A stretch of 64,000 bases of DNA from Aestuariivita sp. (GCA_026709985.1 JAPORY010000063.1:6260-70259); one strand, 5' to 3'. Shown: positions 10,583 to 19,799, numbered from the stretch's first letter. Numbers and translations are program-made. The notes: generated from the letters alone by a model not told the origin.

Positions 10583-11695
10583 ATGAGCGAATATCAGTAT
10601 TACGAGTTTCGGGCTATTGATCGATTACTGACCTTGGACGAGCAAGAGAAACTACGATCGCGATCATCGCGCGCCGAAATAACGCAATCCAGTTTTGTCA
10701 ATCACTATATGTACGGAGACTTTAGGGGCGATTCGCGGCAACTTATGGAGGATTTTTTTGATCTGCACCTCTATATGGCTAATTGGGGCTCACGGCAGCT
10801 GACCATCCGCGTCCCGAAGCAGTTTTTGGCGGGTAGTAATTCTAGTAACTTCTTGAGTGAAACTGAGGTAGCGGAGGTTTGGACGTCTGGCGATCACTTG
10901 ATTGTGGATATACGGCGTGACGAGCTTGATGACGCTTATGGCTGGGTTGAAGGAGATGGTTGGCTTGACGCTTTGGCGCCGTTGCGCACCGAGCTACTTT
11001 CCGGTGATCTGCGGCTTTTCTACCTCATATGGCTGATGGCTGTCGAGGATGAGTTCCTACCTGACAATGCGGTCGAACCCTTGCCGGGCATAGGTCCTTT
11101 GACCGACGCGCTCGAAAGCGCCGCTGAATTTTTTTGTATTGATAGTGAACTTCTGGCAGCGGCCGCAAGTGTCTCCTATGAAACTCCATCCCAATCAGCG
11201 CAACGCGAATTCATTTCCAGGTTCACCGAGACCGAAAAGACCGATCTCCTGCTTCGTCTGATGGGAGGTGATAAACATGTCGGTCCTGAGTTGATGCGTG
11301 GGGCGCGACAGACAAAAAGTGGCGGTACTGGCGATGAGCCGCGCACAATTGAGGCGTTGCGAACCACCGCGAAGGATATATCCGCTGCACGCAAACGCGC
11401 CGAGGAAGAGAGGCGCAGAGCTGAGGCGGCCCGAAAGGCAGCAGAAGCGGTAGAAGCGCGTCGCCCCCGATTAGTCGAACTCAAGAAAAGGGGTGAGTAC
11501 ATCTGGGGTGATGTCGAGTCGGAAGTCGCCGCTAGTTGTGCGGCAAGCTATAAACGCGCCGCCGCCCTGCTTGAGGATCTCAAACATCTTGCGTCCGAGC
11601 AGAATACGATGAGTGAATTCACCGCTCGTCTTGAAGCTATCCGTGAGCGACACGCCCGCAAGCGAGGTTTCCTTAATCGGATAGAATCTTTATGA
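10583..11695 (+). CDS. Hypothetical protein: MSEYQYYEFRAIDR N-terminal module plus charged coiled-coil C-terminal half
   Basis: The ORF track frame is 10526-11695. I place the start at ATG 10583 (370 aa). The C-terminal part is Arg/Glu/Ala-rich (ARKRAEEERRRAEAARKAAEAVEARR). I can name no family with confidence. Confidence 0.7.
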   Translation: MSEYQYYEFRAIDRLLTLDEQEKLRSRSSRAEITQSSFVNHYMYGDFRGDSRQLMEDFFDLHLYMANWGSRQLTIRVPKQFLAGSNSSNFLSETEVAEVWTSGDHLIVDIRRDELDDAYGWVEGDGWLDALAPLRTELLSGDLRLFYLIWLMAVEDEFLPDNAVEPLPGIGPLTDALESAAEFFCIDSELLAAAASVSYETPSQSAQREFISRFTETEKTDLLLRLMGGDKHVGPELMRGARQTKSGGTGDEPRTIEALRTTAKDISAARKRAEEERRRAEAARKAAEAVEARRPRLVELKKRGEYIWGDVESEVAASCAASYKRAAALLEDLKHLASEQNTMSEFTARLEAIRERHARKRGFLNRIESL

Positions 11696-11821
11696 AGCCA
11701 CGTCGGTATTCCATTGGGCGGCATCTGACGCCTGCTTTACCAAGCACTTCAAGTCTTTCCAACTGGCGTTATCAAAGTCCTTGCCGCTTTTCCTTCTCTG
11801 CGTTGGAGTACCTTGCGGGTT

Positions 11822-13123
11822 TTATTTTGGCGGGGCTTTGGACGGATCGATACCACCAAGACGCATGATATAGGTTGCAAGGGATGGAATTGGGCAGCGG
11901 AGAGTGCCCGTTATGCGTCCTGCCTCATCTTGCTCACTGAATTCCTGCAGCAGGCCTTGATGCATCATTTCATGGATATATTTTTCAAGATCGCGATCTT
12001 CCGGCAAGGAAAAAGCGCGAAGAGTCGGATCTCTCGGTGCTTTCTGATCAAGACGGAGAACGAGCGATTCAAGTTCTGCGAGATTGTGAGGTTGAACGGT
12101 GATATGATGCATGATTTGTGACAATAAGCCCTGTGTTTGCTGGAAAGTTTGAGATAGGCGCCATCCATAGGCTTGTTCACGCAAATTTTGCTCTCTCGCG
12201 AATACGGTGTTGGGATCGACGCGGTCCAATTCACCATTAATATCGGGTCGAATCAGTTCCATTGCTAGAGCGCGCATCCCGTTGTGCAGGTGTTGCGGCC
12301 AGCAGTCGGACCGCTGGGCGAGTACCCCGGGCCAATCGCCCGTCTTTTTGCCCCGCGCCACCTTAAACTGTGTGAGCATTGCGTTGACTGCAGCTTGGGC
12401 TTCCTCCACAGCCAAAGCGCTAACGGTGTGGATATAGCCGCTGGCCGGTCGACTGATTCCGTGCGACATTATCACTCGCAGGGAGTTACCAAGCCCAGCG
12501 TAAACCGGAATTATCGGCAGTGTGTGATTCCCCTGATGAAGGAGATCTATCATTTCCTTGGCGTCGGGCCCAATGTTTTGAATTTCATCAACACAAAGGA
12601 GAAGGGTTCGTGATGGTGAGAGATCTTTAATGATCTGTTTGAGATTGAGAAACGTAGCTTTTGGAGAGTTTTGTATCTGTCCTTTCGTTAGGCTCCCGCC
12701 GAAAATTGTGGGAAATGCCGCCTTGAGGGTGGCGTTGGAATGCGATGTGGTGCGAAAGATTGCGTCCTTCTTGATCGCTTCGGCGATCTGGAGAACAACA
12801 TCTTCTTCGCTATTCAAGGACTTGCCAGAGACAACGCGAACAATGATCGGCCTGATTGCTCCAAAAGTACCTTGTTCGGCTCGTTTTGCGATTTCTCCCA
12901 AGAGAGACGTTTTTCCCGCGCCAGGCGCCCCATAGAAGAGACGGGTTTCAGATGTGGTTGATTCACCGGCACGCAGATTCTCTTGCGCATTTTGAATCGC
13001 ATATTTGATATCGGTGATGAACTCTTCTCGCCCTTGGAAAAAGAGCGCTGCATCGCGTTCCTTTGATCGTGCAAATTTGGTCAGTTCGGTTATATCTGCC
13101 ATGATCCGCGCCCTCTCTCGCAT
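11822..13123 (-). CDS. Stand-alone AAA+/AAA_22-like P-loop ATPase with C-terminal extension (possible winged helix)
   Basis: 433 aa with Walker A GAPGAGKTSLL and Walker B LLLCVDEIQNI. About 200 aa lie C-terminal to the ATPase core, ending QGLLQEFSEQDEAGRITGTLRCPIPSLATYIMRLGG. Alternative start at 13102. Confidence 0.8.
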   Translation of the reverse strand: MRERARIMADITELTKFARSKERDAALFFQGREEFITDIKYAIQNAQENLRAGESTTSETRLFYGAPGAGKTSLLGEIAKRAEQGTFGAIRPIIVRVVSGKSLNSEEDVVLQIAEAIKKDAIFRTTSHSNATLKAAFPTIFGGSLTKGQIQNSPKATFLNLKQIIKDLSPSRTLLLCVDEIQNIGPDAKEMIDLLHQGNHTLPIIPVYAGLGNSLRVIMSHGISRPASGYIHTVSALAVEEAQAAVNAMLTQFKVARGKKTGDWPGVLAQRSDCWPQHLHNGMRALAMELIRPDINGELDRVDPNTVFAREQNLREQAYGWRLSQTFQQTQGLLSQIMHHITVQPHNLAELESLVLRLDQKAPRDPTLRAFSLPEDRDLEKYIHEMMHQGLLQEFSEQDEAGRITGTLRCPIPSLATYIMRLGGIDPSKAPPK

Positions 13124-14055
13124 GCCACATAAGCTTACTTGCGCTGAGGTTTCGAATCAACAGGCTCTAATCAATAAGGCAACGCAATCACGCTAGATGG
13201 GGTATTGCAGCCGCTTGTGTGGAAGAAACATTATTGCCATTCCTATAAGGACTCGGTCGAAAACGAGAGGCCCTATGCCTATCGGATAATTGCTCTGGGC
13301 ATTAAAGACGAAGAGTCTTTCAACGAGATTACTGAACAAAATAGCAACTCGAAACTCACAACCGCCAGTTTACTTGAAGGTCTACCGCTTGCTTTCGTCA
13401 TGTTAGGTGTGACATTTGCCGAGAAGTGCCCCGTTCGTTCTACCATTAAATTCTCGAAAGCTGAAAAAAATCCCAATACACGGCCGACGCCTTGAACAGG
13501 CGAGTAGAAAAAGATGGGTTACAAATAAATGAATCAAAAGTTAACGTTTAATCAATTATAAAATAGCATTTATTAATGTGATAGATTGAGTTATTATGCG
13601 TGCGGCTGCCGAGAGTCGTTATTTGGGAAGTGGATGATGGTTGTCAGTCGACTTCAGTTTTGAGGATGGCAAAGCCATTGCAGAATTTCTGAATTCATCG
13701 GCCGGCCGCAGTCAATTGATGCGTCAAGCCGAAGAAACCATTGTATTTCCAATCTATAGTCCCGGTGCTTGGTCGCTGATCAGTGTTCATGATTGAACGA
13801 ATGCCACAAAACGCGCAATTCTACGCGACTGTTGGGAAAATACCGCAGGAATGGCTGCTACACAGTTTCGTGACGGCAAGTGCAAGGTTCGCCGTCTATG
13901 GGACGAAGCCGTAACGTAAGTTATGGGTTGGGATAGCAACTGATTGGCTGAATTACGATAATTCTTGCCAGTAGAGCCGCGTTTGCACGTTTGGGTTTGT
14001 GAGGACTTTAATGAAGAAAAAAAGAATGACGCAACGGAAAGCCAACTTTCCGAAG

Positions 14056-14547
14056 TTAGATTGATCGGTCAATAAAACTCAGCGTAATTAACGTCGTTAG
14101 GACTGCCGCAAAAATAGCAGCAACAACATCATCCGACATCACAGCTAACGGCCCGTCATGTTGATCGATCCAACCTACCGGGCCAGGCTTCAAGATGTCA
14201 AATAGTCGAAAAAGTAGGAATGCAAGCGCGCACTCAAACCAAAGTACCGATAAAGGAACACCTTCATTCATCGCGATCCAAGAGATCGGCCAGAGCGTAA
14301 GCCACTGACCTACCACTTCATCAATCACGAATTCCGAACGATCACACGACTCAGCATCACGAGTCAGGGCGGCAACCGACCACCAACCAACAAGCCCACC
14401 ACAAATGGTCGCAACCACCAGTCCCGGAAATCCAGCGAATACATGAATGATTCCCGCTAGTACTAATGCGACCCCGGAACCCAAGGTTCCAGAGCCTGGC
14501 GACAGATAACCAACGCCAAAAAAAGTCGCGGTCAGTCGAGCAATCAC
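14056..14547 (-). CDS. pgpA: Phosphatidylglycerophosphatase A
   Basis: 163 aa small membrane protein with FGVGYLSPGSGTLGS, DEVVGQW and FRLFDILKP motifs typical of PgpA. It overlaps the ispDF stop by 4 nt. Confidence 0.85.
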   Translation of the reverse strand: MIARLTATFFGVGYLSPGSGTLGSGVALVLAGIIHVFAGFPGLVVATICGGLVGWWSVAALTRDAESCDRSEFVIDEVVGQWLTLWPISWIAMNEGVPLSVLWFECALAFLLFRLFDILKPGPVGWIDQHDGPLAVMSDDVVAAIFAAVLTTLITLSFIDRSI

Positions 14548-15686
14548 AGCTTTGCCAAGGTCGCCGTTGCTAACGATGCAATACCCTCTCGACGACCTAC
14601 AAAGCCCAATCGTTCAGAAGTCGTCGCTTTCACCGATACCGCGCCTATCGCAATTCCCATGATTTTCGCCAACGAGGCTCGCATTTGTGCCGCATAGGGT
14701 CCAATTTTAGGCTCTTCGCAAATGATTGTGCAATCGACATTTGTTATTCGAAAATTTTCCGACGCCGCCAAGTTAGCAGCGTGCTGTAAGAAAATTTGAC
14801 TTGCAGCGTCTCGCCATTGTGGATCAGACGGCGGAAAGTGCTGGCCAATATCGCCTAAAGCTAAAGCCCCGTATATGGCGTCCGTTACGGCATGCATGGC
14901 AACATCTGCATCTGAATGTCCCTGCAAACGATGGGAATAGGGAATTGATATCCCGCACAAAATTACCGATGAGCCCTCACAAAAGCGATGGACATCATAG
15001 CCATTACCAACTCGAATATCCATACATTGCCTCAATTTTAAAACAGACTCGGCTCTCGTGAAATCTTCCTCATGTGTTATTTTGAAGTTGGTTTCTTCAC
15101 CATCAACAATCTTCACCGAAAGCCCCATCGCCAGTGCCACGGCGACATCATCGGCCGCATCGCCATCATGGGCAAGATGGGCGGCAAGAATTTTTGGCAA
15201 GGAAAAACCTTGCGGGGTTTGTGCACGAAACAAATCCTTCCGATCTCGACACGCAGTCACGAACGAGTTACTACCTAACCACAGAGCGTCAACAACTGGT
15301 AGGGCTGGAGCGGCACCATCATTATGCTCAAGGGCATCGCAAATTTCATCAATAATTGAGGTCGAAAGAAAGGGCCTCGCGGCGTCGTGGATCAAAACGT
15401 GATCAAACTCACCCGCAATAGCACGCAGTCCTACCAAAACCGAGCCGCGCCTGGTGTCAGCGCCGTGAACAGTTTTTATGGGCCAGCCCTCGAATCCCAC
15501 GACTTGATCCCTATCATCAGGATGGATCACGAGGACTAACTGCGAAATTCGTGGATGCTCCGCAAAGATACTCAAGCAGTGTTCAACGACCATTCGGTCA
15601 CCAAGAAGACGCCATTGCTTAGGCGTCTCGCCTCCAACGCGCGATCCGCGGCCCGCGGCAACAATGACAGCAGCAGTGTCAGTCAA
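14544..15686 (-). CDS. ispDF: Bifunctional 2-C-methyl-D-erythritol 4-phosphate cytidylyltransferase / MEcPP synthase
   Basis: 380 aa. IspD N-terminus AVIVAAGRGSRVG...PKQW, and an IspF half with GNGYDVHRF and GHSDADV motifs. Confidence 0.95.
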   Translation of the reverse strand: MTDTAAVIVAAGRGSRVGGETPKQWRLLGDRMVVEHCLSIFAEHPRISQLVLVIHPDDRDQVVGFEGWPIKTVHGADTRRGSVLVGLRAIAGEFDHVLIHDAARPFLSTSIIDEICDALEHNDGAAPALPVVDALWLGSNSFVTACRDRKDLFRAQTPQGFSLPKILAAHLAHDGDAADDVAVALAMGLSVKIVDGEETNFKITHEEDFTRAESVLKLRQCMDIRVGNGYDVHRFCEGSSVILCGISIPYSHRLQGHSDADVAMHAVTDAIYGALALGDIGQHFPPSDPQWRDAASQIFLQHAANLAASENFRITNVDCTIICEEPKIGPYAAQMRASLAKIMGIAIGAVSVKATTSERLGFVGRREGIASLATATLAKL

Positions 15687-16108
15687 ATTAGCATCTCATC
15701 GTTAAGCCTGACCATGACTGTCTATCTTGAGGCAACCAATTGCTTTGTCAATGCGAACTTTCGTACTCTCAAAAGCGAAATCACAAAATTCAACTCGGTA
15801 AAGTATTGAGATAATTCCGACGACAAGGTAAAAGTGAGGAATTGGTTCTTAACTGCAGCAAACCACAATTGCAGAATGCTACCGTGATCGTGTCACGGCC
15901 CGTCAGAACCAAATGTGACGACTATTCAGCATATGCTCGGGTAAGCCGAATTGCCAGTTTTTGGAATGATAGTTCTTGCTGAGAGATTCAGGCAAGAAGT
16001 GAGTGCATAAAGTTAACTCTCAGCTTACCAAATAGTAGTGCGTAGACTACGAGGTATATTCATGCGGCGGTGTTCGGAGGATTATGAAACACAGGCAAAA
16101 GCCCCCAG

Positions 16109-17197
16109 ATGATTGTCGACGTGCCCATATGGGCTTCGTTGCCGATGCCTGCATTCTTAGTGGACTCAGATGACATCATTGTTGATCTAAATGGTGCCGC
16201 TGAAGGTTTTTTGAACTCATCCGCTCGCTCAACCAAAGGCGAATCGATTTGGAGTCGACTTGTTCTGGACGTCGCGCTTGATGCGGCTCTAAAGCGAGTG
16301 CGGGACAATAACACTCCGCTTTTTGTCAATGACGCAGAGGTTGCCGTCAATGGTAAAGCGCCTATGGAGTGCAGCCTACAAGTCGCTCCCGTTCAATCGC
16401 GCCGCGACCTGATGATCGTGTTAATCTTCCCAAGGGAATTTGCGAGTCAAATCACTCAGGGTCGCACTGTCAAGTCGGCAGCGCAATCCGCGATAAATAT
16501 GGCCGAACTGCTGGCGCATGAAATGAAAAATCCGCTCGCTGGGATTATCGGTGCTGCCCAACTCCTCAGTATGCAAATTGGAAAGCCCGCCTATGAACTC
16601 ACGGATCATATCGTTGCCGAAAGTCGCCGAATCGTCAAACTCCTCGAACAAGTCGAGCAATTTGGAAATCTATCGGAGCCGGAACTAAAGCCGGTTAACA
16701 TTCACGATATTCTGGATCGCGCTCGGCGTTCGGCCTTGTTGGGGTTTGCTGCTCATATGACAATCATTGAACAATATGACCCCTCTCTACCTGCGGCTTT
16801 AGGTGACGCCGATCAACTCTTACAAGTGGCTCTGAATTTGCTGAGAAATGCGACCGAAGCCGCTGAGCTAGGGGGCGGTCCGATCATAATTCGGACCTTC
16901 TTCGAACACTCTTTTCGTCTGCGTCGAAGGGATGGCTACGGTCACTCTTTGCCTCTGCAAGTAGAGTTCATTGATTACGGACCCGGATTACCCGAAGATA
17001 TCCGCGATCAAGTTTTTGATCCTTTTGTATCTGGTAAAGTCGATGGTACTGGTCTTGGATTAGCATTAGCATCAAAAATAATTTCTCGCCATGGCGGTTG
17101 GATTTCAGTAAGTTCTGTGCCGGGAAATACGAGTTTCCGCTTGTCGTTGCAACGCGCCTCCTCACAAGGGAGAAAGAACGCAGAAGGAGAGATCTGA
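16109..17197 (+). CDS. ntrB: Nitrogen regulation sensor histidine kinase NtrB
   Basis: 362 aa with an N-terminal PAS-like region, H-box LAHEMKNPLAGI and N/G boxes (LLRNATEA, DYGPGLPEDI, GTGLGLA). It lies directly upstream of ntrC. Confidence 0.85.
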   Translation: MIVDVPIWASLPMPAFLVDSDDIIVDLNGAAEGFLNSSARSTKGESIWSRLVLDVALDAALKRVRDNNTPLFVNDAEVAVNGKAPMECSLQVAPVQSRRDLMIVLIFPREFASQITQGRTVKSAAQSAINMAELLAHEMKNPLAGIIGAAQLLSMQIGKPAYELTDHIVAESRRIVKLLEQVEQFGNLSEPELKPVNIHDILDRARRSALLGFAAHMTIIEQYDPSLPAALGDADQLLQVALNLLRNATEAAELGGGPIIIRTFFEHSFRLRRRDGYGHSLPLQVEFIDYGPGLPEDIRDQVFDPFVSGKVDGTGLGLALASKIISRHGGWISVSSVPGNTSFRLSLQRASSQGRKNAEGEI

Positions 17198-17200
17198 CAG

Positions 17201-18571
17201 ATGGACGGCACCGTTCTTGTTGCTGACGACGACCAAACAATTCGGACGGTGTTGACCCAAGCTTTGACACGGTCAGGTTGCAAAGTCCATGCAACCTCCT
17301 CTCTGACAACTTTGATGCGATGGATCGACGAAGGCAAGGGCGATCTGGTCATTTCAGACGTGGTTATGCCAGACGGCAACGGTCTTGAGATGCTCCCGAA
17401 GATCTCAAAGGATCGTCCTGATCTACCCGTGATCGTAATCAGCGCTCGAAATACCATAATGACGGCCATTCAAGCGGCTGAAGCAGATGCTTATGACTAT
17501 CTGCCCAAGCCCTTTGATCTTCCCGACCTCATGCAACGATCAGCCCGTGCGCTGAATCGACCTCGCACTTTAGCACCGCATAATGTTATGGAAGAAGAGA
17601 ATGCTCGACCAGACGATCTACCGCTAATCGGGCAAACGAGCATCATGCAGCAAATGTATCGCCTAATCGCTCGCATTATGAATGTTGACTTTCCTGTTCT
17701 CCTATATGGTGAAAGTGGAACCGGAAAATCACTTGTCGCAAGAGCCATTCATGACTTTTCTGATCGTCGCACCCTACCGTACGTCGCGATTACTGCTTCA
17801 AATATGCAAAGCTTAGAAGGACCTGCACAGATTCTCGCGCAGGCAAAGAGTGGTACAATACTTATTGATGAAGTTAGCGACTTTGATCAAGAATCACAAG
17901 CTAGAATCGTTCGAATGATGGACACGCCAGGCGAACACGCTCCACGTTTCATGGCGACGAGCCAGTCGCGCTTATGTCACGGCGAACAAGCCAACCAAAT
18001 CCGTCATGATTTGTATTTCCGCCTATCGGCGACGCAAATTCCAATGCCGCCTCTTCGCGCACGACTTGACGATATCCCCTTATTGGCCGAACACTTCCTG
18101 CGTCAACTTGAGCCAAGCGATGTATCCCGCCATGCTCTATCTAAGGAGGCTCTCGACTACCTTCGTCGATACAGTTGGCCAGGCAATGTGCGCCAGTTAG
18201 AAAATGCAGTAAGAAGGTTGGTTATCACCTGTCACCGCGAGTGTATCACCGCCGATGATGTACAACAGTTTCTGTCGGATCAACCAAACCTAGGAGAGGT
18301 AGAAGAAACCGAGTGCGGTGAACAACTTGCAAGTTCGGCTGCTGTTCATATCAACCGCTACTTTGACTTACACGGAAATATTTTACCACCGCCTGGCCTC
18401 TACAATCGAGTTTTGCGAGAAGTCGAAAAACCGTTGATCGAAATTGCACTTGATGCAACGAATGGCAATCAAGCGAAGTGCGCGTACTTGCTCGGAATCA
18501 ATCGAAATACGCTTCGTAAGAAAATTAATGATCTAGAAATAAAGGTTTTGCGCAGTCGCAAACTTGATTGA
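17201..18571 (+). CDS. ntrC: NtrC-type response regulator with receiver, AAA+ and Fis-type HTH domains; AAA+ domain lacks the GAFTGA loop
   Basis: 456 aa. Receiver domain (VLVADDD...DVVMPDGNG), Walker A GESGTGKS, Walker B ILIDEV and C-terminal HTH ([20 protein letters not shown]). Only about 42 aa separate Walker A and B, and there is no ESELFGHEKGAFTGA segment. Confidence 0.85.
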   Translation: MDGTVLVADDDQTIRTVLTQALTRSGCKVHATSSLTTLMRWIDEGKGDLVISDVVMPDGNGLEMLPKISKDRPDLPVIVISARNTIMTAIQAAEADAYDYLPKPFDLPDLMQRSARALNRPRTLAPHNVMEEENARPDDLPLIGQTSIMQQMYRLIARIMNVDFPVLLYGESGTGKSLVARAIHDFSDRRTLPYVAITASNMQSLEGPAQILAQAKSGTILIDEVSDFDQESQARIVRMMDTPGEHAPRFMATSQSRLCHGEQANQIRHDLYFRLSATQIPMPPLRARLDDIPLLAEHFLRQLEPSDVSRHALSKEALDYLRRYSWPGNVRQLENAVRRLVITCHRECITADDVQQFLSDQPNLGEVEETECGEQLASSAAVHINRYFDLHGNILPPPGLYNRVLREVEKPLIEIALDATNGNQAKCAYLLGINRNTLRKKINDLEIKVLRSRKLD

Positions 18572-18623
18572 CGGAATTTTCGGCAGAGGAATTACGAAGT
18601 CTAACTACGAAAGTCCGACAACT

Positions 18624-18989
18624 CTATTTTCTGGCTAACACGACTTCAATGTTCATAGGCAATCGAACCAAATAACTGAAGTGCTCGTATGGCGAAAAAG
18701 AAAATCTATACCAGTACGAAAAAAGGTGGGCTTCGACGACTCCATGATCAAAATTCTTGAGCTTAACGCAGTCCCAATAGTGTTCTTGCGATAATGTACC
18801 GTAAGGTACTTTGGACCCCTTTAGGGTTTGATGCTGAAAGGCGAAAGAAAAGATATCAATCATTATCTGCAACAGAAGCAGAAAACTACCGTGATCGGAT
18901 TCACGCATGCGTTTCCAATGTATCACAGCATTACTATGCGTCAGTTTGAAGGTGTGGCCGCAAACGATTCCTACATGCCTCAATCTCAA
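18624..18989 (-). CDS. Orphan ORF in AT-rich insert (doubtful)
   Basis: 121-aa ORF with no recognisable motif, lying in an AT-rich stretch between ntrC and ntrY. It may be a gene fragment. Confidence 0.2.
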   Translation of the reverse strand: MRLRHVGIVCGHTFKLTHSNAVIHWKRMRESDHGSFLLLLQIMIDIFSFAFQHQTLKGSKVPYGTLSQEHYWDCVKLKNFDHGVVEAHLFSYWYRFSFSPYEHFSYLVRLPMNIEVVLARK

Positions 18990-19221
18990 GAGCCAGAATG
19001 CTTTCTAGTGCATGATTTATCAATTAGATACAAACTCTAAATTATGTAAAACATGAAGTACAAGATGTGACTGCGGTATTGTCTATGAGCGTGAAATAAC
19101 CCATCGGATAACGGGTTTTTTTACGCAATAACAACGAGGTCTCAGGGTCAAACTGGAATCCTGAATTCTAGCCCTTAGTCGACGGCAAAGACGACTGAAG
19201 TCGTTAGCTGCGGTAGGTGTT

Positions 19222-19518
19222 TCATTTACACAGACTAAATGGGAGGTTAATAGGAACTGGGAGATAGGGCAAACAAAACATGACGGAAGCTAGCGCGGTG
19301 TGATAGCGATCAAGAAGAGGGGCTTTCTCGTCAAGATCGCCGATCACACTGTTCAAGTAATTGGCGTTTTTTGCCAGAATACCAGAATTATTTGGTGGGA
19401 AGCGACAATAGTCATAGGCGCCAAGCAACTGCAGAGACCATTCGCGATTTATATGAAAAGCCGCGATTTTGAATAACAAACATAACAGCACGTTGAAAAC
19501 GCTAGTAATCGAATACAT
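19222..19518 (-). CDS. Orphan ORF in AT-rich insert (doubtful)
   Basis: 98-aa ORF with no recognisable motif, on the same strand as the 18624-18989 ORF. The two could be pieces of one decayed gene. Confidence 0.2.
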   Translation of the reverse strand: MYSITSVFNVLLCLLFKIAAFHINREWSLQLLGAYDYCRFPPNNSGILAKNANYLNSVIGDLDEKAPLLDRYHTALASVMFCLPYLPVPINLPFSLCK

Positions 19519-19799
19519 CCAAAAGCCTAGAATGAATTCACTGACGAAGTCATCTCAAGGACGTAAAATTGCTTCACAACGGCACCGCCTCAGTTTGTTT
19601 GTAAACTCTAGACACAATTGAGCGCCCTATGCGAGTTATCGCCAACAAGATAAGTCTTCAAAGGCTTTGTTAACTAAGGGATCTGTTAATTCGTTCTAAA
19701 GGACTTTGCGAATATATTGGCAACTCATACCGCCATCAAACTTTCAGTGAGTTTCTGAGATGCGGCAAAATCATCGAACAAACAAGTGCCGGGGTAACA

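Noticed and set aside
13148-13158. tRNA T-loop-like string GGTTTCGAATC, which could mark a tRNA or an att-site fragment at the edge of the island.
   Set aside because: It has an extra T relative to GGTTCGAATC, and the flanking bases do not form a T-stem or acceptor stem. It also lies in the immediate 5' region of the ATPase gene. No cloverleaf can be drawn.
13662-13817. 51-codon TTG-initiated ORF with faint ParE/RelE-like ends.
   Set aside because: The similarity is limited to a few residues at each end, there is no partner antitoxin ORF, and the start codon is non-ATG. It is mentioned in a finding but not called as a feature.
16968-17469. 113-aa and 153-aa ORFs antisense to the ntrB/ntrC junction.
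   Set aside because: They overlap two well-supported genes on the opposite strand and have no motifs.
18572-18640. The string CGAAAGTCCGAC resembles the GGAAAGUCCGG core of RNase P RNA.
   Set aside because: The surrounding sequence is AT-rich and lacks the other conserved RNase P helices. The match is a chance short one.
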